Shown here: positions 12,837-26,840 of the stretch, piece after piece
How the letters are laid out: the number at the start of each line of letters is the position of its first letter
How positions within the stretch are numbered: the stretch's first letter is position 1
Assembly: GCA_951406725.2 (NCBI GenBank)
Contig: OX597815.1
Location: 176,142,001-176,206,000 of the forward strand
Origin: Octopus vulgaris
Taxonomy: Eukaryota
Direction: 5' to 3'
DNA: 64,000 bases
The notes under the pieces: generated by a model
Told to the model about the DNA's origin: nothing
The model's database searches: none
Seen by the model: the letters and a program-made list of their open reading frames with translations, nothing else
Program-made: the position numbers and the translations under genes

Positions 12837-13359
12837 CATATATATATGATGTGTGTGTGTGTGTCAGTGTGTGCCCGCGCAACAGTGTTTTTATCTCTTT
12901 CATCAGGTTGTTTTTCCGTACTCTTCTATCCTTTCCTTGTGGTTTGCTTGAAGCAACAAAATCTTCATCAAGGTTTCGAAACCTTTTATTACCACATCTT
13001 CACAATGAAGTGATGTTAGCGTGTGTTGCTGCCTTTTTATAGTCGGCTGAGCAATTATTGGTGCCGACGTTACTTCTGGAGCATATGTTCTTAAGTGTTG
13101 GCATCATCTGGTGTTTATATCTAAGAGCTTCTTATAAACTTCGAATGTCTTAATTTTTTACTTCGTATGTGTTTATACTTGTTTGTTTGCTCTCGTCGAG
13201 CAGGGATACCTATTGCTTCTACAACTAAGGGTCTATTTTAGTGGGGAATTATGTGGAATATAAATGTTTTTGCTAATGTTTACCTGCTCCGCCTCCTGTT
13301 TTTTGTATGATATATTGCAGTCTCTCTGATTGTAAGTGTTCAGGCTGGAAAATGGCGCA

Positions 13360-13540
13360 CACTTAGCGCACCAACTAGCAGAATCGTTATCGAATCTGGC
13401 AAAATGTTTAGCGGCGTTTCGTCCGCCTTTACGTTCTGACTTTGCCATTCATCCTTTCTGAGTTGATAAAATAAGGAGCATTTCGATACTGGGAGTCGAT
13501 GTAAAATTGCTAGCGTTGTGCTAAAATTTGAAACCAATAT
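13360..13540 (+). mobile_element. SINE family B, decayed
   Basis: gcagaatcgtt..aaatgtttagcggcgtttcgtc..gactttgccattcatcct. Confidence 0.7.
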
Positions 13541-13708
13541 GGCGTTTGGGTTCATGAGCCTGTCGACCTTTAGGAAAAGGTTTATATGTCCGTGGGGTAT
13601 TGTTAAGAAGGCTTTCAATTTTAGTGTTTTTAATATATATTCAATTTATTATTTAATCTAAGGCGGTTCATGTTGTTTTACGAAGGTTTTCGACACTTTC
13701 GTCAAGTC

Positions 13709-13986
13709 CACTGGTTGTCAACCATTTTTCACCTATGGGCCCTTTTGATTCCCGTTTTACTCGGATGGACCTTCACAACCATACGATGTTTAAAAAATCC
13801 TATCATATTTTTTATGATTAAATACTAATAGGAATTGTATTTAAAAAAAATTAAAATATATTGTGTGTGGTAGCAGTATATGTAATTTATTGCGCATAGA
13901 TTTTAACAACAATATCTTATATAGATCCACAACGGTCCTGTGCCCCCACCCACAAGGGTCATATGGCCCCCGATTAAAAACCACTA
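13709..13986. mobile_element. hAT-type MITE, decayed
   Basis: Termini CACTGGTTGTCAACC and GATTAAAAACCACT resemble the CAGTGGTTCTCAA TIRs of hAT/Charlie elements; no TSD confirmed. Confidence 0.5.
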
Positions 13987-15276
13987 CTCTATACTTCGTA
14001 TATATTTTGTTAATATAATACACTTTATAAGAGGTTTGTCAATTTTAAAGAAGCGTGATATCTGTTTCAGTGAAAATCTGTGATTTATTACAGCTTCGTA
14101 GTAGAGTATGTTTATTTCAATTCTTTATTCTTTTGGTTACACATCTTATAACTGTGAAGGCAGGAAGGCGTCATTTGATCCGGGCCATGTCTGATGTGGT
14201 AAACATTAAGAAATCTATCTTCCTGTGAAGCTAAAACAATGTTTCCCTGTTCGATTTGCTTTGATTTTGTTTGGGGTCTGCTGTGTCTGATTCGTTTTGA
14301 AATGTCTATTTATGAGGGCCAAGTGTACATCTTTTAAGGAATGCTTCTTACTGATTTCTCGATTGCTTGACTACTTTCTGTATATTGTACTTTTCTGTAA
14401 TAAACTGTCGCCACATAACACTGAAATGTGCTACAAAATCCGAAAACAGTAACAAAATGAGCCCCGCAAAAAAAACAAAAACAACATAAAACAAGCTGGG
14501 AAGACATTTGTAGATGAGACAGCATTAATCTCAAAATTTTCCACAAAAATAAGCGATAAATAACACATGCCACACTCTTAGCACAGTTCTAAAGTAAATA
14601 CACATTCAAATATACATTTATTAGAAACAGAAATGACCGTGCGGTTAATGACTTAAAATCAACGTCTGACTAATATTATACAAATCGCATTTACTCTACC
14701 TATTGAAGGTGGGGGTAAAACACAGGACTTTTGTTCATTCCGAAGATAAGATATAAAGGCCAATAAGCTTTGATAATGGATTTAGGAACATTATTGGACC
14801 ATACAAACTACAACGAACTGGTGTGAAAACCCGGAACCTTGATTATAATGGAGAAAAGTGAGGCAGTCGTCGGTACAATACAACGTCTAAAAGAAAAGCC
14901 GTTTAGTATATATGAGAAGAAAAAAACAATAAATAAACTTCATGATTATAGAAAGAAATCAAAAGAAAAATATACGAAACGAATTTGGTAGAAATTGATC
15001 AAAGAACAAATAAAGGAGGTTTTTTGTGATGAATTTTAGATTATCGGGAGAGATCTGTGATTGCGGGAATCGTACTCGGAATTGCAGGATTGTAAAGCAG
15101 GTTTTTTTTTTACCTACAAAACCATGTTTGCATCAATTACACTGATGCGTGGGCGCGCGCATACATACCTACATTTCACTGATTTATTACCAGAATAAAT
15201 ATGTGTGTGTATCTCTATGTATATATGAATTACGTACAAATTCCTGTGTGTGTGTGTGTTAGTGCGGATGTCCAGA

Positions 15277-15308
<32 letters not shown>

Positions 15309-16204
15309 ATATATCTCTTTATAATACTGTTGCTAAATCATAGTCAGTGGGGAATGGTGAGAACCTTCATTGATTGTCTCTAGTTGTATAAATGAAATTC
15401 TAGCCTTGTTAGATATACTTTAGAAATTGTTTTGTTTCCTTCGAGGTCGGAATATTTTATTCAGAATATATGTTTGGCTTGTTGCTGCTATTGTTATTTA
15501 AACTGTTGCAAACGATATTAATGGAATTACTTTTATTCTTCAGGATTGGTGGAATATTGTAGAGTAATTATATTTCTTAGACAACACAGTCTTTAGCTCT
15601 TGTCAAATAATACATACCACATACCAGCATGGTAGGTTTAGAAGAGCCATCATTGAATGTGCCTGTTTAGAATATCATCGTGTGGATATGGTAAAATTAT
15701 GGCAATGGAAAGAATCAATCAGTTGAATACCAAGCTGAGTAAATTGCTCAAATTTACAGACGTACAATAACTTTCTAAGCTTAAGCTCTGCTTGATCTTC
15801 TTTACCCTTTTGTCCTTCAAATTTTACATCCCTGATTTCAAATTCAATGTGAATCGTTGCCCATTTCATTGGCCATATAATCTGTAACATTCGCGAATTA
15901 TTACATAAGATGAAACAAAACATCATAAACGCTGGTTTCAAACTTCTGTGTTACTCTGAATATATTTCTCTTTAGATTAAGGGGTTACCTGGAGACAACC
16001 CTTTCTTCGTCGCGCAACAATTAGAAATGTTTTCATTTCTAATTACTAATTACTTCATCTTAACATTTATTTGTATAATTTATCTCTCTGTGTCAGTAGC
16101 TTTAATATTACAGTCTGTCGTATGAAAAATTGAAGTCCAAATATTATTTAAGCATACAAATGTAGTATAGAGTAATTATGTATTAAAGTCTGTTACTTTT
16201 TCTA

Positions 16205-16435
16205 TAGGTTTCTTTTGCTGAACAGCTAATTTACGGAGACGTCAACAAACCAACAAGGGTTACCAAAACGTGGTGGAGAAAGACACAAATACAAAGACAC
16301 ACACATACATAATGATTCCGTCTACTAAGTCTATTCACAAGGCTTTGGTCGGGGGCTATAGTAAAACACTCGCTCTCGGTGTCACTCAGGTGGGACAGAA
16401 CCCGGAACCATGTAATTGGGCAGCAAACTACTTAG
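16205..16435 (-). mobile_element. SINE family A, decayed
   Basis: ccgtctact..cacaaggctttggtcgg..gggacagaacccggaaccatg is the reverse of the family A head. Confidence 0.7.
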
Positions 16436-16520
16436 CATATACAATGCATGTACACACACACACACAGATACACACACACATACATACAATGCACACACAC
16501 AAGACAAGAATAAGTAGTGT

Positions 16521-16658
16521 TCATTACATATTTTTCTTTATTGTAGTAAGTTTGACTTACAGCTATTTCCAGTAGTCATTATAGATTCATTATTGATAGG
16601 TTGACTTCTGGTAACAGCTGTAAGAGAAATTTACTATTATAAAGAAAAAATGTAACGA
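16521..16658. repeat. Inverted pair of PLE terminal-repeat fragments, each carrying the 3' half of the 41.8 kb HHR family
   Basis: Left arm reverse complement (ctataatgactactggaaatagctgtaag..aataaagaaaaatatgtaatga) and right arm (gacttctggtaacagctgtaag..ataaagaaaaaatgtaacgacc) both match about 41850-41931. Confidence 0.8.
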
Positions 16659-16835
16659 CCATTATGTATGCGTGCTTAAAAACCGGTACAACTAGAGCAC
16701 AACCATGGATTTACAAAATAGACTGCTCACGAACTATTGCCTGAATATGCGGAGTTCGTTAATCCAATCAATACTGTTGGCCTGGTGTACTTACAAGGTA
16801 GTTTGCTCGGATTGATAATCCCTCACTTACAACTC

Positions 16836-16910
<75 letters not shown>

Positions 16911-16946
16911 TACTTACTTATGTATGTGTGTGTGTGTGTGGTGAGT

Positions 16947-16982
<36 letters not shown>

Positions 16983-19900
16983 GGGAAAGAAAGAGAAGCG
17001 TGTGTGTGTGCCCATTAATTTTGAGAACGCCCAGATATATCTTTCTATGGAAATTTCTAACCAACTAAATTAGCATGTGTTATATTTTTTATGATGCGTT
17101 TAAGGTTAAAGTGTAGGATGGCTGGGTTTGTTCTTATAACACTATAATGCATAGTGCAAAATCCAGTTGATTCTGTAGGTAAATGGATAGAATCTGATTT
17201 ATCATTCATCATCAGGAAAATCATAATGTTTTAGGGGATGGATGTTGTTAGATCACATGATATTAAATGCTTGAATTAGATTCCATTTTGGTTCAAAACT
17301 ACATGGTTTACTGTTGGAAATCTTTATCCGAAATATATCAGAATAAATCTCGAATGTACGTGGAATTCTTACTAGATTTTATGTTTGATACATTTTGCAA
17401 TAATTCTGAACGAAGTTGTTCAGATAGATGTAAAATTATTTGTAAGAGACAGCTTTTTCAATTGAAATTTTGTAAGGAAACAGATAATTCCATTACCTTG
17501 CCTGTGATGTCGTTTGAAGTTGATATGAACATCAGTGAGATACTGTTAGCGATAGATTTTCCACATCATGACTCCAATAAATCTTTTGCGCTTAAGTAAT
17601 GGTAAGAATATATTGTGAATGCAATTAAACGTTTGTAGCATTCAAAACCTACATTAAAGCAAAGCTTTTTTTATATATATATATATATATATATCCGTAT
17701 TTGTAGTTCTATTTGTGTGTATGTTTGTGTGTGTCTATGAGTGTATGTGTGGAGACTGTATTGATCAAAAGTAGTACTTACAAGATAAAGTAATAGAGGA
17801 TAAGAACTCGATACAAGATAGAAGCTACACCTAATTCATTTACTTTTCAGACAATATTGATTCACTTCCTGAACTCAACGCAGATTTACGCGACATACCG
17901 AGAGAGTGCTTTGCTGGTATCTTTCCTACATCTAAGCAATACAAGTGATACAAATTGCCTGGAACCGGGATCTAAATCAGCAGCCTAGCTCGATGAAAAC
18001 TTATTTAACACCGTGCTCGTCACAAGAAATGTCAATATCAAACCTGTCAGTGAGTCAAGGATCGGGCTGGAATGATCATATAAGGTCAAAAAGCCTTTAC
18101 GACTTGTGCTGATACTTCGGTAAACTTATCTGTCACCGACAACCTTCAGGAGACTAAGTACGCATTATATATTAACAAGTAATCCTGTCGCCAACCCCAG
18201 CATTGTGGCGAAATTACAAATCAATTATATTTCTCTGCCTTTTATCGATCACAAATATTTTCATATATTTATATGTGTGTCACTATGTATATTAGGTTGC
18301 GTTGTTTCGTGAAATCCTTCATGTGCTTGCCATTTCTATTAATGTTTTAGTTGAAAACGAAGAGTGAAAATGCTGGCCGTGGCCGGCAATTAAGAAATGG
18401 TTGAGTGCTGGGATTGCACTGATAGTGTTACACAGCAGTGACTGTTGTTTCCCAACAGAGTAACTCTCGAGTTTACTTAAGTTGCAGAAGTCTAAGTATC
18501 TTATTCCTTACTTTGGCTGTTCTGAAAGTTTATGATGTTGTCAAGTGTATATTTTACACTTTATTGGGATCTTGACAACGCTGCATAGCGAAAACCGTTG
18601 TTCAAATCCCATGACATCGATTTTTTTCCTGAAGAATTCTTGGAGTAAATAGATTCAAACTATTTGCACACTCCGACGATTACGACGATGAGGGTTCCAA
18701 TGGATCTGATCAACGAAACAGCCAGCTCCTGAAATTAGCGTGCAAATGGCTGAGCACTCCCTGGACACATGTACCCTTAACATACAGATTGTATCTGTGA
18801 AGTTCGTGTTAGCCGGTTTTTCTTTCTTTCTTTGTAAATCCCAGTTTCACAGGATTTCTACTTTGGCATTTACTAACATAACCGAGTGCACCAATGCTTG
18901 CTGGTTACTCTCCCCAGACACAACAGAATGACAATTTATTATCATGGTAAAGGAGTTGCAGGTTTCCAGTGAAACAGGCCATGATCTTAACATGACGTCA
19001 AGATTCCAGTTGATTCCAGCCTGATCCTTGTTAGTTTATCCCTTTTCGTCACACTGGGCGGTAGCTGTGCTGAGATAGGTGCAAGTCAGCGAAAGAAAGT
19101 ATATAATACTTTCTTTCGCTGACTTATAGAGTGTTTGAGTGTCGGTTTGTGTGTCTGGAATGGGATAGCTTACCTCATGGGCAGGTAGAAGCTCTTTAAC
19201 CTTGGTTGGTAATCTACCTAGGAGAAGGAAATCTCCGAAATAAAACCTGAGGCCTTGGAAGTTCCTGGTTTTATCAATTTTCATGTCACACCGGCGAAAG
19301 TCTTCTTGGACCAATAGGTGGGGGTAGTGTGGTGCAAGCTACACCCACTGAAAATTATTAATCTACACAGGTACTTCCTGTACTCCGAATCTTAGTAAAA
19401 TCATTGAATCGGCTGGTTGGCAGAAACCTAAAAATGCACTTGTAACTTACTCTAAAATGTGTCAAATAGATTCAGTAAATGGCAAAAAAGGCTTGGGAAC
19501 GTCAAGTGTCCAAATATATGTATGTGTATGTATATATATATATATATATATATATACATACATACACACACAAGTATATGCATACGTACGCATTCATGCA
19601 TGTACATAAAGCGCAATTAGACACACACTCGGACCTCACACAAACATATACACAGACATTGCCCACATCTTTAGAAATTTTGAGACCGAACAATACATCG
19701 ATGATTCATGACTTTACATTTGTTGGTTGTTAATCACAAGCAACTGTTATGCTCGTGGAAGCAATAGATGTGTACCAACCTTCCTTTTCCCCTTGAAAGG
19801 TGACCTACAGTATATTCGTAATCTAGATTCATTTGAAGTTATATTTTTTCAGCTTCGAGCAAACTGGTAAACAGTAATTATAAATAAACAGAAAATGATC

Positions 19901-22876
19901 TCGTAATGGAATATCGCGCTTCTTCTTCAAGTATAGAATGATTAACTAAAGAATATGATCTGAAATCATATTGTTAATAAGAATTTTCTTTTGTTTTGTT
20001 ATAATTTTCAACGATTTTCTGTCTCTGATTAACTTCATGTCTTTAACAAGAATATTATCGTCGCATTTTCTCATATTTTGGCATGTATTAATGATCTAAC
20101 GACTTTCGCTGAAAGTGAAGTTGCAGCGTAGCTTTGTTAACTAAATTATTAAACAGTTGATTCTGTAAAGTTAGAGTACCGAAGCTTTTGTTCTTCAGTG
20201 TTTTCGCTAATTGTCTGTGACGTTCGTTCTTTCACCGTAGAGTATCCTTTTATATCTCTTCTGATTCGGAGAGATGAATCGTCTGTCTCACTTGTAACGG
20301 AATAATATTCTTTATAAATCTTCATTTTTTATTCAATTCGCATTTGTTTACACTTTTTCATTCATAGCATCTTATTAACTACGAACTTTTCTATCATTTA
20401 ATTAGTTGTATCTTTCAGATTGTTGATATTTCAGCGAACCTTTTTGTCATTTGTAGGTTAACTAGTTATTGCTTACTAACCAGAATACTGTCAGTTATGT
20501 TCTCGTTAACTATGCAATCTCCTTCCTCTTGTCTGAGAATATACTCTTTGATATTTCGTTTAATGATTAACTTTGGTTTGTCTAAATTGGATTCTTCATA
20601 TACCTTGTCATTGGAACCACTTTTCAATTACGGCTTTCATTATATATTCCCGGAATTTAACGTTTGGGTTTCAATTTGTACAGAAATTTTGGAAGATCTC
20701 AGTATTTTATGCTCACATTATAATTTAGTAAAATAAATAGAAACGGTGATTACACGCAACTGCAAACACCCGAATGCTTAAAACCAAACTTATCCGCCTT
20801 AAATAATCGATTGAAAAGGAACGGCATTAAAGAAGAACAAAAATTCTCTCAAAATAACATCTTTGAAATCAACTTGAAATAGTTACGTAAAACAATACGT
20901 GGAAATAACATAACAGTGGAAATTAGAAGCTGTTTAGAAATCCGATTCTGAAAACGAAGGTTAGGCGAAAATATAGCTTCTTAGAATTATGTGACAATAA
21001 ACGATTTTGAAAAGTCATCTCTCCAAAGCATAACAATGTTTTAACAACATCAAAAGTTCGTCATTTGGCAGACGGCAATTGCAGGCAATGCTCACCTACA
21101 CCAGCTTCTTACAAAGTACGTGGGACGCTCCTTATTGGCAAAAGAAAATGTTGCTAGACGCCAACAAATGACTCTTCAAGCAATTTATAAGGAATCACCG
21201 AAAAGAATCATTGAGCACTTACAAAAAAAGAAATGAAAAAGAAACTAATAATCCTTAGAGAGCAGAAGGGGTGTTCAGCCAGATCACATGCGACAATTTT
21301 CCAGCCCCTTATTAAAATAATGCTACTGGATAATGTGAAAGTACACAAAAGGAGCATGCTATATGCTTGGATATCTGTATTTGACAGATGCATGATGATA
21401 ACTATAACCGAAGAGTATTTCCAATAAAATCACCACTCTAAAGATGACGAATGACTAAATGAAACTTTTAAATTGCCCCACCATTACTGGTTTGTCAAAA
21501 TGGAAGTGGTACATGCATTTGATCGCACTATTGTGAATTTCATTAAAATAACAATGAACTATAAGACTGTACTAAAAGTAGACAACATCCAAGCTTCTTA
21601 GAAGTATTTTCTAGAAAATGGTTGGACAATTGATCTCATCCCGGTAGATTTTAATACTGCCTTTATCAATCTCCGTGAGACCGCTCAGGTGGCTGTCAAA
21701 TCATATATTGCTCTCTTAAAAATAAAGTGCCCATTAGATGACTGTAGTCGGTGAATACAGAAAGTGATCGAGTGGTTTGGCCGGTTTATTCGATCAGAGC
21801 TGACCGTTGGCTAAACAAATTACAAAAGCATTCTCAATAACAGTATGTCTGCTACATGTTTTCGTTGGTTATGACTTGCAAACAAAAGCTAACTCAAATT
21901 TTCGTCGCGACAACAACAACAACATGATCCCAATTGTATCAAATTTCGAGTTTAATAAACTTGAACAAAAGTGGCAAAAAGTGGGGGGGGCATGGTGATG
22001 GGATATAAAGTAAGTATAGAGCTTGACTTTATATGGCCTACACTGTAGCTGATTGCTCAATTCAATTAAAAGAAATTATGCTGTCTGAGATAGCGAAATG
22101 CAAAGTGAAAGTATAAACAGCAACACCATGTTATCACTACTTGATTATTGAAAAGAGGATTCGCAATTCTCGGTTCTTGCCATGTTCGGCCAAACTTTGT
22201 ACATTCACTTTCGTGACAAAAGAGTTTATCGTCTGTTGGCAACTTACTATTCCCGGTATGAATGTACATACAAATCCCGCCAAGATTCTCCATAGATAGC
22301 AGCATGGAATGATGTTCACCCCATTGCACTGTTCGGTCTTTTCGGGGACTGCATGATGACTGAAAGCCTGTACATGCTAATGGCTTGCTTGTGTACTACG
22401 AATCTTCTGGTTTAGTTGCAACATTTAAAGCAGTGGTACTGGTTTATTGATAGATGTAGCATTTAGAGCGAAGACGTATTGGTCAAGTAAAAGCATAGTT
22501 CACCAAGTGTATTCCCCTTTTACAATCTTATTCAAGTGTAATTTCATCCCAGGCTGTTGCGTAGAGTTTGTTGTTGCATATAAAAATGATTTGTAACATC
22601 TTTTACGATCATATTCAACAAAAGCAAGTAGCAAGTTGAAAACCACGGGGAAACTAAATAACAAACATTTCATATTGCTTCTTGGCAATAAATAATACCC
22701 TACTAAATTCTCTTCTTTCGATTTACAGCTGCTGAGTAGAAAAATTGTCGCATACTGCATAGTGTATCTCTTTAGTTGATTTCTAGCTATGCAATCAATG
22801 GAACGTAGGTAAGGTATGCCCTAGTGCAATAAGCGAGAGCCATACGGTATGAGGGGCACTAAAAAATGCTTTAATA

Positions 22877-22938
<62 letters not shown>

Positions 22939-23665
22939 CATGTTACTGAGATACGTTGTTTTCAACTCTGTCAAAATATTTGTTTTTCAGTCTTCTTCAT
23001 GCAGTTTTCAAAGACGTCCAATTATTTCTGGAAATCTTCTTGAGATATCTCCCCAGCCCCACTCCAAGCCCTAATTTATCTGCTTCTTTGCCAATTTCAT
23101 ATTAAAAACTGAAAATATAGGCAACACAATTCTCGAATTGATAGCTGTATCCTTTACATTATCATTAAAAATGATAATACAAATACATGTTTAATTAAAA
23201 CTTCAGTGCGAATCTAGAGAGTAGCAATACTAAGCACCAACACTAACCCCATGGACTACCTCCAATACATTAGAAACAAAACATCCCGTATTCCATCTTT
23301 TTTCCTTCCATTCTTTATAAGAGAAAAGGTTTATCGTTCAATATGTAGCTCAAATAACAAGGGAACATATATAACCCTGCAAATATTTTGAATTGCCCTT
23401 AGAAGGTTTCGGTGGAACGATGAATAAGGCCATGTTTTCGATGGCCAAGTCGTTTTTATAATTGTTGGTTTAGTGCTTATTTAATGTAACCAATGATTCA
23501 TTGGGTATTAGGAATTCGGTTACCATTCATTCCCCACCCCCCATCCTTGCAATCCCTCCCTTCACGAGATTCTAATTTTTGAAAACCGTAAATCTCTGAA
23601 AATCTTTACATTAATTATTTCATATATTGTTTTGAGTCAAACTTTTGCCCTATTTTGGCAACTTG

Positions 23666-24056
23666 AGGCGGTGGGCTGGCATAAACGTTAGGACGCCGGG
23701 CGAAATGCGTAGCCGTGTTTCGTCCGCTGTTACGTTCTGAGTTCAAATTCCGCCGAGGTCGACTTTACCTTTCATCCTTTCGGGGTCGATTAAATAAATA
23801 CCAGTTACGCACTGGGGTCGAGGTAGCCGACTTAATCCGTATGTCTGTCCTTGTTTGTATCCTCTGTGTTTAGCCCCTTGTGGGAAATAAAGAAATAGAT
23901 ATTTCGTCTGCCGCTACGTTCTTAGTTCAAATTCCGCCGAGGACGACTTTGCCTTTCATCCTTTCGGGGTCGATAAATTAAGTATCAGTTGCGTACTGTT
24001 GTCGATCTAATCGACTGCCTCCCCTCCCCCAACATTTCGGGCCTCGTGCCTAGAAT
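23666..24056 (+). mobile_element. SINE family B, tandem/dimeric copy
   Basis: A full copy is followed by a second unit restarting at tttcgtctgccgctacgttc (about 23901). Confidence 0.85.
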
Positions 24057-24461
24057 AGGCACTGTATCTAGTCCATTGCACAATATTCCTCAATCTTTAT
24101 TCATATACGTTGCTATGTTTACTCTAACTATTGTGCACAGCAATTTCTCTCTTTTTTCAATTCTTAAATAAATACAACAGAAATTTGAGTTCTTTAAGGA
24201 AATTCAAAATAATATTAGAATACTTGTGGCTGTAAATTATCACTCACATCATTAGCAGCATCCAAAAATGCCGTTCCGGTGCAAATCAATGGAACAGGAT
24301 GTTATTGTATGGAACGTAGGTAAGGCATGCCCTTGTGCAATAAGCGAGTGTATGACCAAAACCACTACATCACTGCACTGAATATCAGCTGAAAAACTTT
24401 CTGATTATAATGCTGTGAGGAACCTTGAAAGTAACAGTAATATAAATAATTATAATCAAAA

Positions 24462-24635
24462 TGGTTGGCGGTATTGCATTCGTCTTTACGTTCTGAGTTC
24501 AAATTCTGCCGTGGTCGACTTTGCCTTTCAACATTTCTGGGTCAATAAAATAAGTACCAGTTGAGCACTGAGATCGATGTAAACGATTTACCTCTTCCAT
24601 AAAATTGATGGCCTTGTGCCAAAATTTGAAGTCAA
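24462..24635 (+). mobile_element. SINE family B, partial
   Basis: tacgttctgagttcaaattctgccgtggtcgactttgcctttca. Confidence 0.75.
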
Positions 24636-26264
24636 TATCGATAACCACAGTAGTATATCTAGGACAACAGAAAGTTTATTTGGGTTTCATTTTGAAGGCT
24701 ATAATTTTACCCATGAACGAAGAATGAATAGCAACGAAATACTTGATATGTAAAATAACTAGCAATGCACGTAAACCACTCTTATGCAACAATCGATGCT
24801 AATTTTGTTGCAGCATAAATACCACAGAGTCTGATAGTACTGAACTAAAACGCCTTCTCGTTTATTTAACGTTAACATACTTAGAGAAAATGTTTCAAGA
24901 TAACTTCCCTTAAGACACATTTAGCTTGCTTTGAGAGACTTTGAAACATTGATTAGGATGTTTAGAGTTATTCGCTGAGAAAATATCTAATTAGTTTCGT
25001 ATAAACATTTCTGAGACGTATGAATTTCTGTTTGTTGTTAGTGTTTTCGAAGATGTTTGTCAAGGTTTTGTCATATTGTATATATATTGTTGATTAGTAT
25101 GCATTTTCAATACAAGTTATGTCTGCAGTAAAAGTTTCATATTGCATGCTTAGGAAAACATCAAATGATATATAATAGAATATATAGAAAACAGTTCTAT
25201 TCCTTTCTATAGACATCAAACGCGTCGTTAGGGAACATGAACGAGTCTAGGAAAAAAAAGAAAAGTTAAAAGCTAAAACAGATCAATTGTTTCAAAGTCT
25301 TGACACTGTCTTTCAGATAATTTCACATTGATCTGTAAGACATACAAAACGGAACTGATGCATAGAACATTGCCTCCAAAACCTTTGACATGTCAACCGC
25401 GAGTTGAATAATGTAAAATTGTTTAATATTCAACTTTATTGTTTGCTTCGTATCATTTGCCGACTCATTTCGAAATGTAGAAGTGATATAAACATTGATT
25501 ATCACGTTTTGTAAATGAATATGCGAGTTTTTACAAAGTGTAATGTGCATCCCCACGGACTGGTATAAATATATTGTATGTTAATGTGCCTGATACAACA
25601 TCGTATAGAATCCTGTATCGCTTCTGCGCGATAAACTTCTCATTAATTTCAATTAGTATACATACGTACATACATACGCACGCATCTATATAAATGTATA
25701 TGTGAACCTATGTGAGTCAGCGTGTGCATGTCTACGTTGTACATGTGTGTTGGTGTGTGTGTGTGTAGGTGTTTAATGAGCGGTTTTATGAAAACAGAAA
25801 TGATTCCTCTGGGGAATACAATAAATTAGCCTCAGTTCAACAGAAACACTTCAACTACTTCTCGACTGCGCTGGCTGGCTGGCTGGCTAGCTGGTTGGTC
25901 GGTTGGCTGGATTCTCGCAGAGGGATTTGTCGTAATGTATACTTTACAAATAATGCTTGTAAATGCATACTGATAAATATTAATGAAGAAAACGAATTTT
26001 TTTCATGGCTCAACAGAATCACACACATTTTATTTTACAAATTTACCTACCCTGGGGAGTGAAAAGCAAATTGTCGGATCATTAAAATATATTTAAGAAT
26101 GCACAAGATTTTAATGAATTTAGTCCACCAGTACTTCACAACTTTTAATCGATCTACAGATCCTCGTTATGTTAGAGCGATTAGCGTCGATGCTAAAACA
26201 ATATGCAGTTAAAGTTACAGAAAAACAAATAAGTGATCCCCTAGCAATCTCAGGTTTTGTCTTT

Positions 26265-26419
26265 AGTCTTTACTCGTTTCAGTTATTATGCTGGGATTCC
26301 ACCTTCAAGAGTTCAGTCAAGCAAATCGACCCAGTACTTATCCTTAAATCCTGGTACTCATTCTATAAGTTTCTTTTGCAAGCTATGGTGGGAACAAAAA
26401 AAAAGACATACGCATATAC

Positions 26420-26482
<63 letters not shown>

Positions 26483-26535
26483 CACACACACAGACACATA
26501 TACAATGGGCTTCTTTCAGTTTCCGATCACCAAAT
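26265..26535 (-). mobile_element. SINE family A, partial, ending about 60 nt before the terminal-exon acceptor
   Basis: tactcgtttcagt..atgctggg..gcaaatcgacccagtactta..(TA/CA)n..gggcttctttcagtttccg. Confidence 0.7.
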
Positions 26536-26597
26536 GAATGCCTTGTTTATAATTATACTAATTTTTATTTTTCTGTATTTTCTTTTCTATTTTGCAG

Positions 26598-26840
26598 GCT
26601 GACTTAGTTAACCTGTGCGTGAAAATATTTCCATGTTGCATTTGCTTGAAGAGGCTAATGAGACGAAGAATAAGCATGTCCACCTACGACACGGGTGTCT
26701 TCCGCCGGCAAAGTGCCATTCACTACAAGGCAAGGACGCGTACAGCCTTCACTAATACGACACCGAACGGAAATATGCGAACGGCGTTTCAACCACACAA
26801 GTTCCACGCCATCGATATGAGGATGGAGCAAATAGAATAA
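26598..26840 (+). CDS. Terminal coding exon of the same GPCR (helix 8 and cytoplasmic tail)
   Basis: Long pyrimidine tract and tttgcAG acceptor (26596-26597), phase 0. Splicing gives ...NESFR/ADLVNLCVKIFPCCICLKR..., a plausible helix 8 with palmitoylation-type cysteines and basic Ser/Thr sites (RRRIS, RRQS). Stop TAA at 26838-26840. Confidence 0.8.
   Translation, partial: ADLVNLCVKIFPCCICLKRLMRRRISMSTYDTGVFRRQSAIHYKARTRTAFTNTTPNGNMRTAFQPHKFHAIDMRMEQIE

Noticed and set aside
19900-21450. Possible decayed PLE ORFs (also 12880-13230) and a Tc1-like trace at 22170-22560
   Set aside because: Only faint motif resemblances; not supportable without a profile search.
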